Part shown: positions 1 through 13,097 of the stretch, in pieces
How positions within the stretch are numbered: the stretch's first letter is position 1
Layout: each line of letters starts with the position of its first letter
Assembly (NCBI GenBank): GCA_038087875.1
Contig: CM075988.1
Location: 4,960,001-5,024,000 of the forward strand
Reading direction: 5' to 3'
Source of the DNA: Malacoraja senta
Lineage: Eukaryota
Length of the DNA stretch: 64,000 nt
Notes under the pieces: model-generated
Told to the model about the DNA's origin: nothing
Seen by the model: the letters and a program-made list of their open reading frames with translations, nothing else
The model's database searches: none
Made by a program: the position numbers and the translations under genes

Positions 1-1429
1 AGCTGGCAGTATGTCCAGAGAATATGGATAGGTGACGTTTTGAGTCAGGATCCTTCTTCAGATTGCATGTTCTCCACAGGTGCCATCTGACCCGATGAGT
101 TACTCCAGCACTTTGTGCCTTTTTTTGTAAACGAGCATCTGCAGATTTTTGTTTCTACACACAACTCAAACTGCAGCCACACTACAGGAGGTCCACGGAG
201 AAAGTGTTAAGTACTTGTGTTCATACATATGAACATGTAAATTAGGAGGATTGACACAAAATGCTGGAGTAACTCAGTGGGACAGGCAGCATCTCCGGAG
301 AGAAGGAATGGGTGACATTTCGGGTCGAGACCCTTCTTCAGACTGAGAGTCGGGGGGAGGGAGACACTTTTCGTTTTGCTGAAGTTTCCAGCATCTGCAG
401 TTCGTTGTGTGTCATAGCTTTTTCTGTTGATTGTCTTTACACTCTGCAGTTCAAAAAGTCCATGCCTGGTGAAAACACTTGGACAACAATAGCAACAGCC
501 TGCACTTATATAGCACATCCAATGTAGAAAGAACATCCTAACGCAAGTCAGTCTTGGGGTAACTGAGTGTTACATGACGACATACCTGGCCACGATCAAA
601 ATCACGGCCAAAGAGGTAGGTTTTAAATAAATGATCACAGTGAACAGTGAGCATTGAAGATAGACACAAAATGCTGGAGTAACTCAGCTGGACAGGCAGT
701 ATCGCTGGATAGGAGGAATGGGCGACGTTTCAGGTTGAGACCCTTCCCAAAATGTCATCTATTTCTTCTCTCCAGAGATGCTGTCTGGCCCGCTGAAATA
801 CTCCAGTATTTTGTGTCTGCAGTGTAAATCAGCCTCTGCAGTTCCCTCTACACAAACAGTGAACACTGTTGATAGAATGCTCCTCCTGCGGGATGTGGGA
901 TGTCAGGGAAGTGACTGCGTAGACCTGTGGGAATTGTGTACAGGTACAGCTCCTTAAGGACTGCGTTAGGGAACTGGAGAACCAGGTGAATGACCACTGG
1001 ACTATCTGGAAATTGAGAGCTTGCTGGACAGGATATGAGTTGGGCCAAAGTGCCTGTTCCCATGGTGTATGACTCTAAGACTTTGCAACTGTTTTTACCT
1101 CATAGTTCCCTTTCATCTTTCTCCTTCCCTTTAAGATTACTTTGTAATATTTGCCTGACTTGCTTTGCTGATTAATTTTATCTGCTCGCACTGTCCGTCA
1201 CCCTGTCGTAATCCTATGGCAGAGTGTCTACATTTCTTCCTCTCTCACCTCAGCGGACCCAGTCACCTGTTAAAACGGCAGAGGGAAAATCAATGTAATA
1301 TTGGGGGTTACTTGAATTTAATTTGTGACAGGATTAATGCAGAGTTGGTGTTGGTATCCACCCACCAACACTCCTGTCGAGGACTGTGGAGAATATTAAT
1401 AGGTGAATGGTAAAAGCAGCATCCATCCC

Positions 1430-1710
1430 CAACACACTCAAGTCACACTAGCTTTTCGTTTTCACCCTACAAACAGCGAACAATGTCCTGTTTCCTTTAT
1501 CATTGTTACTTTTTTGCATATCTTGTATTCATTGTTCTTAATCCATATTCTACATCATCATCGTCTACATCATCATCTATATCTCTTGTTTATCCCTTAT
1601 CCCTAACCAGTCTGAAGAAGGGTCTCGACCCGAAACGTCAGCCATTCCTTCTCTCCAGAGATGCTGCCTGTCCCGCTGAGTTACTCCAGCATTTTGTGTC
1701 CATCTTCGGC
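1430..1710 (+). mobile_element. Penelope-like terminal repeat (pLTR) copy with hammerhead motif at about 1609-1643
   Basis: ccagtCTGAAGAaGGGTctcgACCCGAAACGTCagcc followed by the conserved ...ctccagagatgctgcctgtcccgctgagttactccagcattttgtgtc block, which also follows the Penelope ORF at 49641-49740. Confidence 0.8.
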
Positions 1711-2142
1711 CCAACCCACGATTGCAGTTTTAATGAATTCATTTAAATATTCTGAGGTAAAACAGCTACAACATTGGAGAGTGCCACAAAATAAACTTAC
1801 TTGAAGCGAACATTAAACTGCGGAAGGAACAGTGAGTCGAGCAGCATCTGTTCGGTGACCCTTCTTCAGCCTGGAGTTTTGGGCTGACTTTGAAGTAGTT
1901 CTCTCCTACGGCATCTGTGGACGAAATAGATGGGTGACATTTTTGTTTGCAACCCTTCTTCAGACTCTGTAACAGTCACAGAGTCAAAGAGAGAGTCATA
2001 ATCCTTGGAAACAGGCTCTTTGGCCCAACTCATGTCCCGTCCAGGAAGCTCTCATTTTCCTGGATGGTCCTGAGGTCATCCAGCTGTTCGGTGGTGAAGG
2101 AATTGTTGGCGGTTTGAGTGGAAATCCTGCAATAGGTCAGTT

Positions 2143-2407
2143 CATAGGTCATAGGAGCAGAATTAGGCCATTCGGCCCATCGAGTATACTCCGCCATTCT
2201 ATCATGCCTGATCTACCTTTCCCTCTCAACCCCATTCTCCTGCCTTCTCCCCATTACCTTTGACACCCATATTAATCACGAACCTATCAATCTCCGCTAT
2301 TAACTCTCCCATTACTGGAGACATCATATCCACATTCACTCTATCCAGGCTTTTCATTATTTGATAAGGTCCCCCCTCATCTGTCTAAACTAGTAAATAC
2401 AGGCCAA
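2143..2407 (-). mobile_element. CR1-type LINE 3' end fragment
   Basis: Reverse complement resembles the 3' UTR of the CR1 at 3640-3757 (atgattgaatggcggag...gggccgaatggcctaattctgctcctatgacctatg). Confidence 0.75.
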
Positions 2408-3757
2408 GATGGGATAGCAGCACATTTGGAAAATGGTGAAATCATTGGACAAAGTCAGCATGGATTTATGAAAGGTAAATCATGTCTGACGAATCTTATA
2501 GAATTTTTCGAGGATGTAACTAGTAGAGTGGATAAGGGAGAACCAGTGGATGTGTTATATCTGGACTTTCAGAAGTCTTTCGACAAGGTCCCACATAAGA
2601 GATTAGTATACAAACTTAAAGCACACGGTATTGGGGGTTCAGTATTGATGTGGATAGAGAACTGGCTGGCAAACAGGAAGCAAAGAGTAGGAGTTAACGG
2701 GTCCTTTTCAGAATGGCAGGCAGTGACGAGTGGGGTACCGCAAGGCTCAGTGCTGGGACCCCAGCTATTTACAATATATATTAATGATTTGGACGAGGGA
2801 ATTGAATGCAACATCTCCAAGTTTGCGGATGACACGAAGCTGGGGGGCAGTGTTAGCTGTGAGGAGGGTGCTAGGAGACTGCAAGATGACTTGGATAGGC
2901 TGGGGGAATGGGCAAATGCATGGCAGATGCAGTATAATGTGGATAAATGTGAGGTTATCCACTTTGGTGGCAAAAACAGGAAAGTAGACTATTACCTGAA
3001 TGGTGGCCGATTAGGAAAAGGGGAGATGCAATGAGACCTGGGTGTCATGGTACACCAGTCATTGAAAGTAGGCATGCAGGTGCAGCAGGCAGTGAAGAAA
3101 GTGAATGGTATGTTAGCATTCATAGCAAAAGGATTTGAGTATAGGAGCAGGGAGGTTCTACCGCAGTTGTACAGGGTCTTGGTGAGGCCACACCTGGAGT
3201 ATTGCGTACAGTTTTGGTCTCCTAATCTGAGGAAGGACATTCTTGCCATCGAGGGAGTACAGAGAAGGTTCACCAGACTGATTCCTGGGATGTCAGGACT
3301 TTCATATGAAGAAAGACTGGATAGACTTGGCTTGTACTCGCTAGAATTTAGAAGATTGAGGGGGGATCTTATAGAAACTTACAAAATTCTTAAGGGGTTG
3401 GACAGGCTAGATGCAGGAAGATTTTTCCCGATGTTGGGGAAGTCCAGAACAAGGGGTCACAGTTTAAGGATAAAGGGGAAATCTTTTAGGACTGAGATGA
3501 GAAAAACATTTTTTACACAGAGAGTGGTGAATCTCTGGAATTCTCTGCCACAGAATGTAGTTGAGGCCAGTTCATTGGCTATATTTAAGAGGGAGTTAGA
3601 TGTGGCCCTTGTGGCTAAAGGGATCAGGGGATATGGAGAGAAGGCAGGGATGGGATACTGAGTTGGATGATCAGCCATGATCATATTGAATGGCGGTGCA
3701 GGTGCGAAGGACCGAATGGCCTACTCCTGCACCTATTTTCTATGTTTCTATGTTTCT
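2408..3757 (+). mobile_element. 5'-truncated CR1 (HER1-like) LINE; RT and C-terminus
   Basis: QHGFMKGKSCLTNL, LDFQKSFDKVPH, GVPQGSVLGP, FADDTK, RPHLEYCVQFW motifs; (tttctatg)n tail at 3736-3757. Confidence 0.95.
2426..3661 (+). pseudogene. CR1 ORF2 reverse transcriptase remnant with one in-frame stop (3032-3034)
   Basis: ORFs 2426-3034 and 3047-3661 are in the same frame, separated by a TGA (probably from CGA). Confidence 0.9.
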
Positions 3758-3951
3758 AAGTGCAGTCAAATGTGCAGAGAGGAAGATAGCGAGAGCATAA
3801 AAAGGAGATGGGGTGGTATTTAGTTTAGTTTCCATTTCTCTTTCCCCTGACTCTGGGTCTGAAGAAGGGTCTAGACCAGAATCGTCACCCATTCCTTCAT
3901 TCCAGAGATTCTGCCCGTCACCCTGAGTTGCTCGAGCAATTTATATTTATC

Positions 3952-4260
3952 TTTAGTTTAGTTTAGTTTAGAGATACAGCGCGGAAACAGACCCTTTGGC
4001 CCACCGAATTCGCGCCGACCCGTGATGCCCGCACACCAATACTATCCTACACACACTTGGTTCAATTGACAATTATACCAAGCCACTTAATCCACAAACC
4101 TGTACGTCTTTGGAGTGTGGGAGGAAACTGAAGATCTCAGAGAAAACCCACACAGGTCACGGGGAGAACGTACAAACCCTGTACAGATAGCGCCCGTGGT
4201 CAGGATCCAACCCGGGTCTCTGGCGCTTTAAGGCAGTGGCTCTACCGTTCCGCCCCATGG
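3952..4260 (-). mobile_element. tRNA-derived V-SINE (HE1-like)
   Basis: Reverse complement has B-box-like ggttggatcc, V-domain core and (taaac)n tail. Confidence 0.85.
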
Positions 4261-4999
4261 TATGACATAGGGGTTAAAGGGGAGAAATTGATGAAAGAAT
4301 GAGAAAATGGATGCAGGGGCCAGTCACCCAACAGTCCTTTCCCCCACATGCTATCCCTCTAGCAGATTATTTTTTGCTCCTGATTGTAGCAACCCATCTG
4401 CCAATTGAACCCTCCCAACTGTATCTGCCTATTGCTTACCAGGCTTTGTCCCGCTCCCAACATTTTTCCACGTTTCTCCCCCTCACCTCATTCAACTGAC
4501 CCAAAACGTTGCCTATCCATTCCTTCCAGAGATGGTGCTGACTAGCTGAGTGTGTTTTGCTCCAGATTCCAACATTTACAGCTCCTGGTGTACACAACTT
4601 GGGCAGTCTCCCATGTCTCTCCAAGCCTACTTTGGAGGGCTGGATAAAACACACAGTTGGGGTCTTAATTGCTCATCATTGTATTACTGTAACTCGCCTG
4701 GAGGCAGAGAACAAAAACTGCAATATTGGCTTATTATTATCACGTACTGACATGCAGTGAAAATGTTTGCTTTGCGTGCAATCCAGGCAAATCACACTGC
4801 AGCATAGACACAGAGTGCTGGAGTAACTCAGCAGGTCAGACGGCATCTCTGGAGAAAAAGAACAGGTGATGTTTTGGATCGGGTCTCTTCTTCTGTGAAA
4901 TTAGGGGGTGGGGGGGGGGGGAGAACTGGAAGCAGGAAAACAGGACCAAACAGGGCCAAAAATAAATGACCTCAGGCAGGGTGGTGCCCTGGTAGGCCC

Positions 5000-5525
5000 A
5001 TTGTGTAGGAAGGAACAGCAATTGCTGGTTTAAACCCAAGATAAACACAAAATGCTGGAGTAACTCAGCGGGACAGGCAGCATCTTTGGAGAGAAGGAAT
5101 GGGTGACGTTTCCGGTTGAACCCCTCTTCAGTCTGATGTCAGGGGAGAGGGAGATACATAGATAAGGAAGTGTAAGGTGTGAAACTAGGACAAAGGGAAT
5201 GGAGATCAAGGAAAACATAGAATAGATCATTGTCAGCTGGGAGAAGTTAACAACAACAAAGCAAACGGAGATAAAATGTAGTTGGAGACAGTAAGACTGG
5301 TCGGAGAACTGGGAAGGGTGTGGGGATAGTAGGTCCATTATTGGCGATGGAAGGTGTGATCTTGAGAGATACAATGTGGTGAACTGTGGAACTGCTGGAA
5401 CAACTAGGGTGAAGGAAAGGGGCTGGGGAAGGGAGGGCCAGAGGGATGGGGAGCGTTAGTAAAATGTAACTAAAATCAGAGAATTCAACGTTCATACCAC
5501 TGCATTGTGAGCTACCCAGCCGCTT
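5000..5525 (-). mobile_element. Penelope-like 3' end (ORF C-terminus GMNVEFS plus pLTR)
   Basis: Minus-strand MNVEFSDF matches the end of the Penelope ORF (GLNVEFTQF); degenerate hammerhead motif at about 5103-5133. Confidence 0.75.
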
Positions 5526-5728
5526 ACAAGCCTTCTGACAGTAGCACCTCTCCTTCTCCCTTGTCCAGTGTTCTACCTATTGTCACAAGCTTGAGTAACT
5601 AGAATAGAAATGGCTACTAACCCACCAATGTGAGAGCAACTAATTTGTGCAGAGGTTTCAATGGTACTATGTTATCACATGTACCTAGAAACAGTGAAAT
5701 TCTTTTGGATACAGTTCAGTAAAAATCT

Positions 5729-5783
5729 TGAATGAATGAATGAATGAATGAATGAATGAATGAATGAATGAATGAATGAATGA
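5729..5783. repeat. (TGAA)n microsatellite, probably the tail of a minus-strand LINE
   Basis: Tandem tgaa units followed by tactttatt (AATAAA on the minus strand). Confidence 0.9.
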
Positions 5784-5922
5784 TACTTTATTATCATGTG
5801 AAAGTCTTTGTTTTGCTACCATACACAAGTATGCAAAGAGTCACCACCTAAAGGGCACTGACAAAGTTACATGTGTTCAATGTAGTCCCAATGGTGCCTC
5901 TTTGTTCTCAGCGCACCCACCC

Positions 5923-6122
5923 NNNNNNNNNNNNNNNNNNNNNNNNNNNNNNNNNNNNNNNNNNNNNNNNNNNNNNNNNNNNNNNNNNNNNNNNNNNNNN
6001 NNNNNNNNNNNNNNNNNNNNNNNNNNNNNNNNNNNNNNNNNNNNNNNNNNNNNNNNNNNNNNNNNNNNNNNNNNNNNNNNNNNNNNNNNNNNNNNNNNNN
6101 NNNNNNNNNNNNNNNNNNNNNN
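5923..6122. other. Assembly gap (200 N)
   Basis: Run of N. Confidence 1.
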
Positions 6123-6439
6123 TCCTTGATCAGACTTTACTAGCTTTACATTGCACTAAAACATTATATCTTTATCATGTACAGTATGTATACACTGTAA
6201 ATGGCTCGATTGTAATCATGTTTTGTCTTTCTGCTGACTGGATAGCATGCAACAAAAGATTTTCACTGTACCTCAGTATGCGTGACAATAAACTAAACTA
6301 TACTAAAATACATTACATGGCTGCAGCTTTGAGCATCCAATGACCTATCCTATATTAATCACTTAAAATAACTCCTCATTAGAGCATTTTTACTTCCAGT
6401 AATAAAAAATTGATTCCTTAGAGAATAGCAGGTTCAAGG

Positions 6440-6965
6440 GTGATTGTCACAGTTACAGTTGTACAAGTTGTTTGTAGGGCCGAACTTGGCATATTGTATT
6501 CATTATGGCCACACTACTATAGTAAAGATGTCATTAAGTTGGAAAGAGCGCTGAGAAGATTTACAGGGATTTGGCCAAGATTCGAGAGCCTAAACTATTG
6601 CCGGGCTGAACGCTGATTGTATAGAGGTGTATACAATCATGAGGGGAATGGAAAAGGTGAATGCACAGATTATTTCTCCCAAGGTTGTGGAATGAACGAC
6701 TAGAAGGCATGGTTTAAGGTGAAAAGGGAAAGATTTAATAGCAACTTTTTATACAGATGGAGATGGGTATATGGAATAGGTTTCATGAGTAAATATTTGA
6801 GGCATGTAAATAACAATATATAAAAGATATTGGACAGGTACACGGATAGGAAACATTTAGGGAGATATGGGTCAAACGTGGGCAAATGGACCAGCATAGA
6901 TGGGCATCTGGGTCAACATGGATGAGCTGGGACCATATAGTGTCTGTTTCCATGGATTTGACTAT
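6440..6965 (+). mobile_element. Old degraded CR1 3' fragment
   Basis: Degenerate match to CR1 C-terminal coding and 3' UTR (ggtttaaggtgaaaagggaaagatttaatag). Confidence 0.65.
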
Positions 6966-7660
6966 GATTTTCTACTCTCCTTCACACTGCACTTTGATAT
7001 GGTCACAATCTTATTTAATTGAACGCCATTCCTTTGGTGATTTCCCTAACTTTGGTGATATTTCTAACTTCACTGCTCTGAGAGAGTTTTTAGTTAAGAG
7101 GTACAGTGCGGAAACAGGCCCTTCAGCCCACCGAGTCCGCACCGAGCAGCGATCCAAGCCCACTTACATTATCCTACACACTCTAGGGACATTTTTACAT
7201 TAATACAAGCCAATTAACCAATAAACCTGTACGTCTTTGGAGTGTGGAAGGAAACTGAAGCTCTCAGAGAAACCCCCTCAGGTCATGCGGAGAACACACA
7301 AACTCGGTATTGAACCCGGGTCTCTGGCGCTATAAGGCAGTAGCTCTACCACTATGCCACCGTGCTGCCCATTATTTAAAAAAAGGTTGGACAGACTTGG
7401 ATTGTTTTCTCTGGATTGCCAGAGGTTGGGGGGAAACCTGCTAGAAGTGTATAAAATTATGAGAGGCATAATAATGAGTGGACAGTCAGATTTTTTCCCC
7501 AGGATGGGAATAAACAAATATTAAAGGGCCTAGCTTTAATGTGAGAGGGGTTAAGCAGGATATGCAGGGCATGTTTTTTTGCACAGAGGGTGGTGAGTGC
7601 TTGGAACATGCTGCCAGGATTGGTGGTTGAAGCAGATACATTAGTGGCATTTAATATGCT

Positions 7661-7948
7661 TTTGTTTTGTTTAGTTTAGAGATACAGCGCGGAAACAGGC
7701 CAGCGATCCCCACACATTAACACTACCCTACACACACTAGGAACATTTTTTTTTAACACATACACCAAGCAAATTAACCTACATGCTGTATGTCTTTGGA
7801 GTGTGGGAAGATCTCGGAGAAAACTCACACGGTCACGGGGAGAGCGCACAAAATCTGTACAGACAGCACCCGTAGTCGGATTGAACCCGGGTTTCCGGCG
7901 CTGCAAACGCTGTAAGGCAGCAGCTCTACCGCTGCGGCACCGTGGCTG
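7661..7948 (-). mobile_element. V-SINE (HE1-like); another copy at about 7092-7370
   Basis: Reverse complement of the SINE consensus, with head and tail. Confidence 0.85.
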
Positions 7949-8288
7949 CACTGAAAGGCATATATACAGAGAATGGAAAGATATGGGCAATGTGCCTGAA
8001 GGGACATGGCATCACATGCAGCACAACATTGTGGGCCAAAGGGCCTGTTCTTGTGCTGTACTGTTCTATGTTCAATGTTTTATGTTCAAAACCGATCTCT
8101 GTTATTCCTGGAACTTGTTTAAAAGGACACTTTTAAAAAGAGCACTACTATTTAAAAAGGCACTATTATTGCCCTTTTCCTTGAAAGGGCTAAAATAAAT
8201 TTGCCTGTGCACATATTTGAAATGTCCCCCCTTTCCAACAGGAAGCACTATGTTTTTCTTGTGTACGTTCAGAAACCAAAGTCACCAA

Positions 8289-8603
8289 GGGCGGTCACGG
8301 CGGCGCAGTGGTAGAGTTGCTGCCTTTCAGCGAATGCAGCGCCGGAGATCCGGGTTCGATCCCAGCTACGGGTGCTGTCTGTACGGAGTTTGTTCGTTCT
8401 CCCGTGACCTGCGTGGGTTTTCTCCGAGATCTTCGGTTTCCTCCCACACTCCAAAGACGTACAGGTTTGTAGATTAATTGGCTTGGTAAATGTAAAATTG
8501 TCGCTAGTGGGCATAAGATAGTGTTAATGTGCGGGATCGCTGGTCGGTGCGGACCCGATGGGCCGAAGGGCCTGTTCCACGCTGTATCTCTAAACTAAAC
8601 TAA
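8289..8603 (+). mobile_element. Full-length V-SINE (HE1-like)
   Basis: A box cggcgcagtgg, B box ggttcgatcc, V-domain ggagtttg...ttctcccgtg...ggtttcctcccacactccaaaga, CR1-like tail gggccgaagggcctgtt, then (taaac)n. Confidence 0.9.
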
Positions 8604-9276
8604 CATAACTTTAAGGTTTATTACAGACCTTTGGAACTTCCTAACAAGTAGCCCTCAATTTCGCTCTCACTATTTGGACATTGTGATTGTGCTAGAAGAT
8701 AGCACAAAAAGCTGGAGAGATGGAATGGGTGATGTTTTGGGTTGAAACCTTATTCAGCGACTGTACTCCTTGTTACTCAACCCAAACAAATACACCTGTA
8801 GCTGGAGCTGTCCAGTTTATAGCCTGTCTATTTATAACGATCAATCAATGATATCACACCTTCGAAAACAATGTTTTCTCCCTTAGCCTTCCTGGTAACT
8901 AGACATATAAAGAACCCATTCTAATACTTGTGGTGCAGTTCTCTATTAATGTAACTGTGTTACAATCCTGTGGTATCTAGTGCTTGGGGCTATCACCTTG
9001 TTAGTTACACCTGTGCACATTAACACACATATGTTTTCTAGTCATTGTTGCTGGTTTTGTTAATCTGACACTGCAATTTTTTGGCATATGTCTCTTCACT
9101 GCCCAGATCTGATTTCATTGCTGATTCTTGATTGAATTTGCTGGTTCCCACTTCTCCAAGGCATTAATATAAAACCCTCCTGAACATTACCGAGTCGCCT
9201 CTCAGATTCAGGAGCACTCATTCTTTGGACGTTGATGTTCTTTCCCCCAAATCTAGACCCAAGACGTTGGAGGATA

Positions 9277-9510
9277 TGTGTAGGAAGGAGGAACTGCAGA
9301 TGCCGGTTTAAACCGAAGATGGACACAAAATGCTGGAGTAACTCAGCGGGACAGGCAGCATCTCTGGAGAGAAGGAATGGGTGATGTTTCGGGTTGCGAC
9401 CCTTCTTCAGACTGTCTGAAGAAGGGTCTTGAGCCGAAACATCATCTATTCATTTTCTCCAGAGATGCTGTCTGATCGCTGAGTTACTCCAGCTTTTTTG
9501 TGTCTATTTT
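9277..9510. mobile_element. Inverted pair of Penelope pLTR/hammerhead units
   Basis: Minus copy and plus copy joined at cttcttcagac-t-gtctgaagaag (9402-9424). Confidence 0.8.
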
Positions 9511-9938
9511 AAGTTGGAGACATCTTTGCAACTACACATGGAAAAGCATTCTCTTCTCTCCTTTTTTATACAATCATGAACAGATAGCATAAAGAGCATT
9601 TTTTAGATTAATACTCCAAGGATGTGATCTGAAAGTAGATACAAAATGCTGCGGGGAGTAACTCAGATTGTCATTAAGTGACGTTTCGGGTCGAGACCTT
9701 TCTTCAGATAGTGTTTCAGATGTGATCTGGAAACCTTTTCTCAGAATGTCATTAAGTCATAAGGTCATAAGAATAGGAGAAGAATTAGGCCATTTGGCTC
9801 ATTCAATCATGGCTGATCTACCTCTCCCTCTTGTTTATAAGTGATCCACAACAACACACACATGGTGAAATCAATCTTTATTCCATAGGCAAACAGGAAC
9901 ATTCAAACAGCCAGCTGCTCGCGTCTGGCTCTGCTGGC

Positions 9939-10354
<416 letters not shown>

Positions 10355-10824
10355 GTTTTTTTCAGCTCTGCAGTTGAGAAGGATTCAAACAGCTTTTCAA
10401 GGACGTTGTCGATGGGGAAGGAACAGAGGCAGAGGGGCTTCATGGTCTAACTTATTGTTGGATTGGTGAAACTTTTCTCTGCTCTAGGAATTCTCCACAA
10501 GTGCGGACATTCCGGAGATATTTTTCCATTGTGGAGGGTGCGGTTGTCGTTGGCGGGCTGCCAAGGTGGATGGTGTTAGAGGGAACGGAAAAAAGGCATT
10601 TTGCTCCGGCGGATGCCGGGTTTAATGTGAAGATGGTACTGTTGAGTCTGGAAAGAATGGGATAGAGCTTCCCAAAGCTGCTGTCGGCTGTGGACGTCTT
10701 TGGGGATTTTCTGGCTGTAGCTGGAGGCTTCAGAGTTCTGCTACTTGTTGACTGTGACTGTTTGCAGGAGTTAACGTGGAGCTGAGCTGCCGGGGCGATT
10801 GGAGCTGGTTGTGCCTCTGTCAGG

Positions 10825-13097
10825 ATGGCGATGGCTGGGGCGAGGCCGAAGAACCGGAGCTACGCAGGGGTGGCATCAGAGGCGGATGCGAGGACATTGG
10901 AGTATGAGCCTTATGTGAACTTGCATTGGGGCAGGTTTGGTATCTCGGTCCAAACTGGGCCCCAGATGTCTAGGGGTGCAATTACCAAGGCCGTGAATGA
11001 CCTTATTGGGGGGCGGGCTGTTGTCTCTTCCGAGCTTGTAAGAGGAAAGGTGAAGATGATTTTGAAGACCGAGGAGGGTGTGAAAATGGCGTTGGAGAGG
11101 GGGGATATCAGTGGGGGGATCCAATTACAGGTGGATCCGTGGTTATCGAGGGTGAGACCGGTTCTCCTGCGGAGTTGCCCCACATTTATTTCGGATGCTG
11201 CACTTATGCCACACCTGTCTACGATTGGGGAGGTGAGGTCTAAGTGCTTTAGGCTCAGGCACCTCGGGGGGGACCCGGAGGAAAGAGGGATCTTGAGTTT
11301 TAAGAGGAGGGTGTTCATGAAGGTGGGTGAGGGCGAAGGCGAGGAGGGGAGCTTTGAGGTGGATTGTCAGGGTCTCTATAGAACCGTGTATTGGAGTTGG
11401 GGGAAGGCACGGTGTCATGAGTGTGGAGCATATGGACATTTCCGTAACGAGTGTCTTTCTCGCAGGGGCATTGCTAGAAGTTCTAGCGTAGTGGCCAGGA
11501 TTGCAATGCTGGCCCATCCGGGGTGGTACATCATGACTCGGTGGCGCGGGGCGGCACTGCTGACCTGGCTAGGGCGGCTAGCTCTACCTCGGGGATCCGG
11601 GGCGGAAGTGATAGGCCATCTGGGTCTGAAAGTTCTGCCTTGGGGGCCCGGGTCGGGGAAGGCCTCAGGCCCCTGCGTCCTGAGACTGTGGAGGTGGTGG
11701 TGGATAATGGTGAGGGGGAGGGAGAGGGTGGAGAGGGGGAGGAAAAAGATGGGGGGGGGGAGTGGGAGGTGAAGAAGTCGAGGAAGAAGAAGGCAAAGGG
11801 CCATCCAGTGAGTAAAACGCAATCTGAGAACGGGGTGCGTGTCAGATCTAGTGAGGTCCAGAGTGTGCTTGGTGTGGCCCAGCAAGGCGATGAGGTCACT
11901 CAGACGGGGGGAGGGATGGTAAAGTGTGCGGGTGGTATAGTGGATGGGGGTAGTGAGGGGGTGGAAGACCCTTACTTTATGGAGGTCACCGTACCGCCGC
12001 ATGCTAGTGGGGTAAAAAGGACTAGGCCTGGCGAGGAAGAGGAAGGGCGTGAGGCGAAAGTTAGGGCAGGTGAGGGGGTTGATTCCGCTGGAGTTGTGTC
12101 CTCTGGGCGGGTGGCTGTCCCTTCATTTCAGGGGCCCTCTGAGGGAGTTATCTCATCGGGTGGTGAGGTGAGCTCCCCTGGGGATGTGTCCTCTGGGTCG
12201 GAGGAGGTCCCCTCGTTTCAGAGGCCTCTTGAGGGTGATGGAACGCCAGAGGATGGGGTATGTGCCCATGGTAGGGGGGCCCCTGAGATGGGGGATGAGC
12301 AGAGTCGGCCTGAGGGGGGTGGTTCGGGGGCTGTGGTGTTCCAGTCTATGCTGCACATCAGAGCCAGTGGTGGTAATGGGGGGTGTGCTGCATCGCCGGA
12401 TGAGGTGGAAGGGGAGAGGCTAAAAGAAAGAGGAGAGCCTCTGGGTATTGCTAGTGGTGGGGATGCTATAGGTGGTGTGGAGGTCGGGGATAGTTCGGGT
12501 GGTGAGTTCCCTTTAGGTTCAAGGGGTGGCAGTGTATCCCAGGTCCGGGGGGTGCCCAGTGTTTTTGTTTCCCCAGGTCAGGGAGTGGTGGGTGATGGTA
12601 GTGAGCAGGTGCCAAGCCAGTCAGGGGGATGCTTGTTGCAGTTGGAGGTTTCGGGGCCCTTACCTGGCAGTGATCCTGGGGGTGGTGGCTTGCTGGAGGA
12701 GCGGGAGGGTGAACAGGAAAGTTTGGGTAGTGGGGGTGGAGAGCTTTTGGAGAGCTCTGGGCGTTCAATTACTGAGGGAGACCTTGAACGTTGTGTTGTG
12801 GAGCCTGATGGTGCAGGTGCAAGTGCGTTGGCCGAGTGCCCAGGGTCCAAGGCCGAGTCTCTTGAATGTGAGATAGAGGTGGTTCGAGACTTTCTCAGAA
12901 CAAACCGCTCCGTAAGAACAAGATTGGAGGCTGCTAATAGGCGGTGGAAGGATCTGCCAGGATTGATTCCGATTCTCGAGGATATTCTTGGCAGCAGGGA
13001 GAGTGCTCTTACTGACTTAGAGGAGAGGCAGTTTGGGGACTTTTTGGTGTTCCTTAGAGAGAAATTTGTTGTGTCTACGGGGTGTGAAGGGGTTTAA
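10825..13097 (+). pseudogene. Tx1 ORF1 (gag-like nucleic-acid-binding protein), frameshifted near 11460-11523
   Basis: CHECGAYGHFRNEC = CX2CX4HX4C knuckle in the 10825 frame; continues in the 11523 frame as a G/E/S-rich region with KKSRKKK, ending next to ORF2. Confidence 0.8.

Noticed and set aside
5776..6343. ORFs spanning the N run
   Set aside because: Artefacts of the assembly gap.
8289..8365. tRNA-like sequence with A and B boxes (repeated in every SINE head)
   Set aside because: No complete cloverleaf; runs directly into the V-domain and LINE tail, so these are SINE heads, not tRNA genes.
13086..13097. GGGTTTA as a -1 ribosomal frameshift signal between Tx1 ORF1 and ORF2
   Set aside because: The heptamer is not in the ORF1 reading phase required for tandem slippage.
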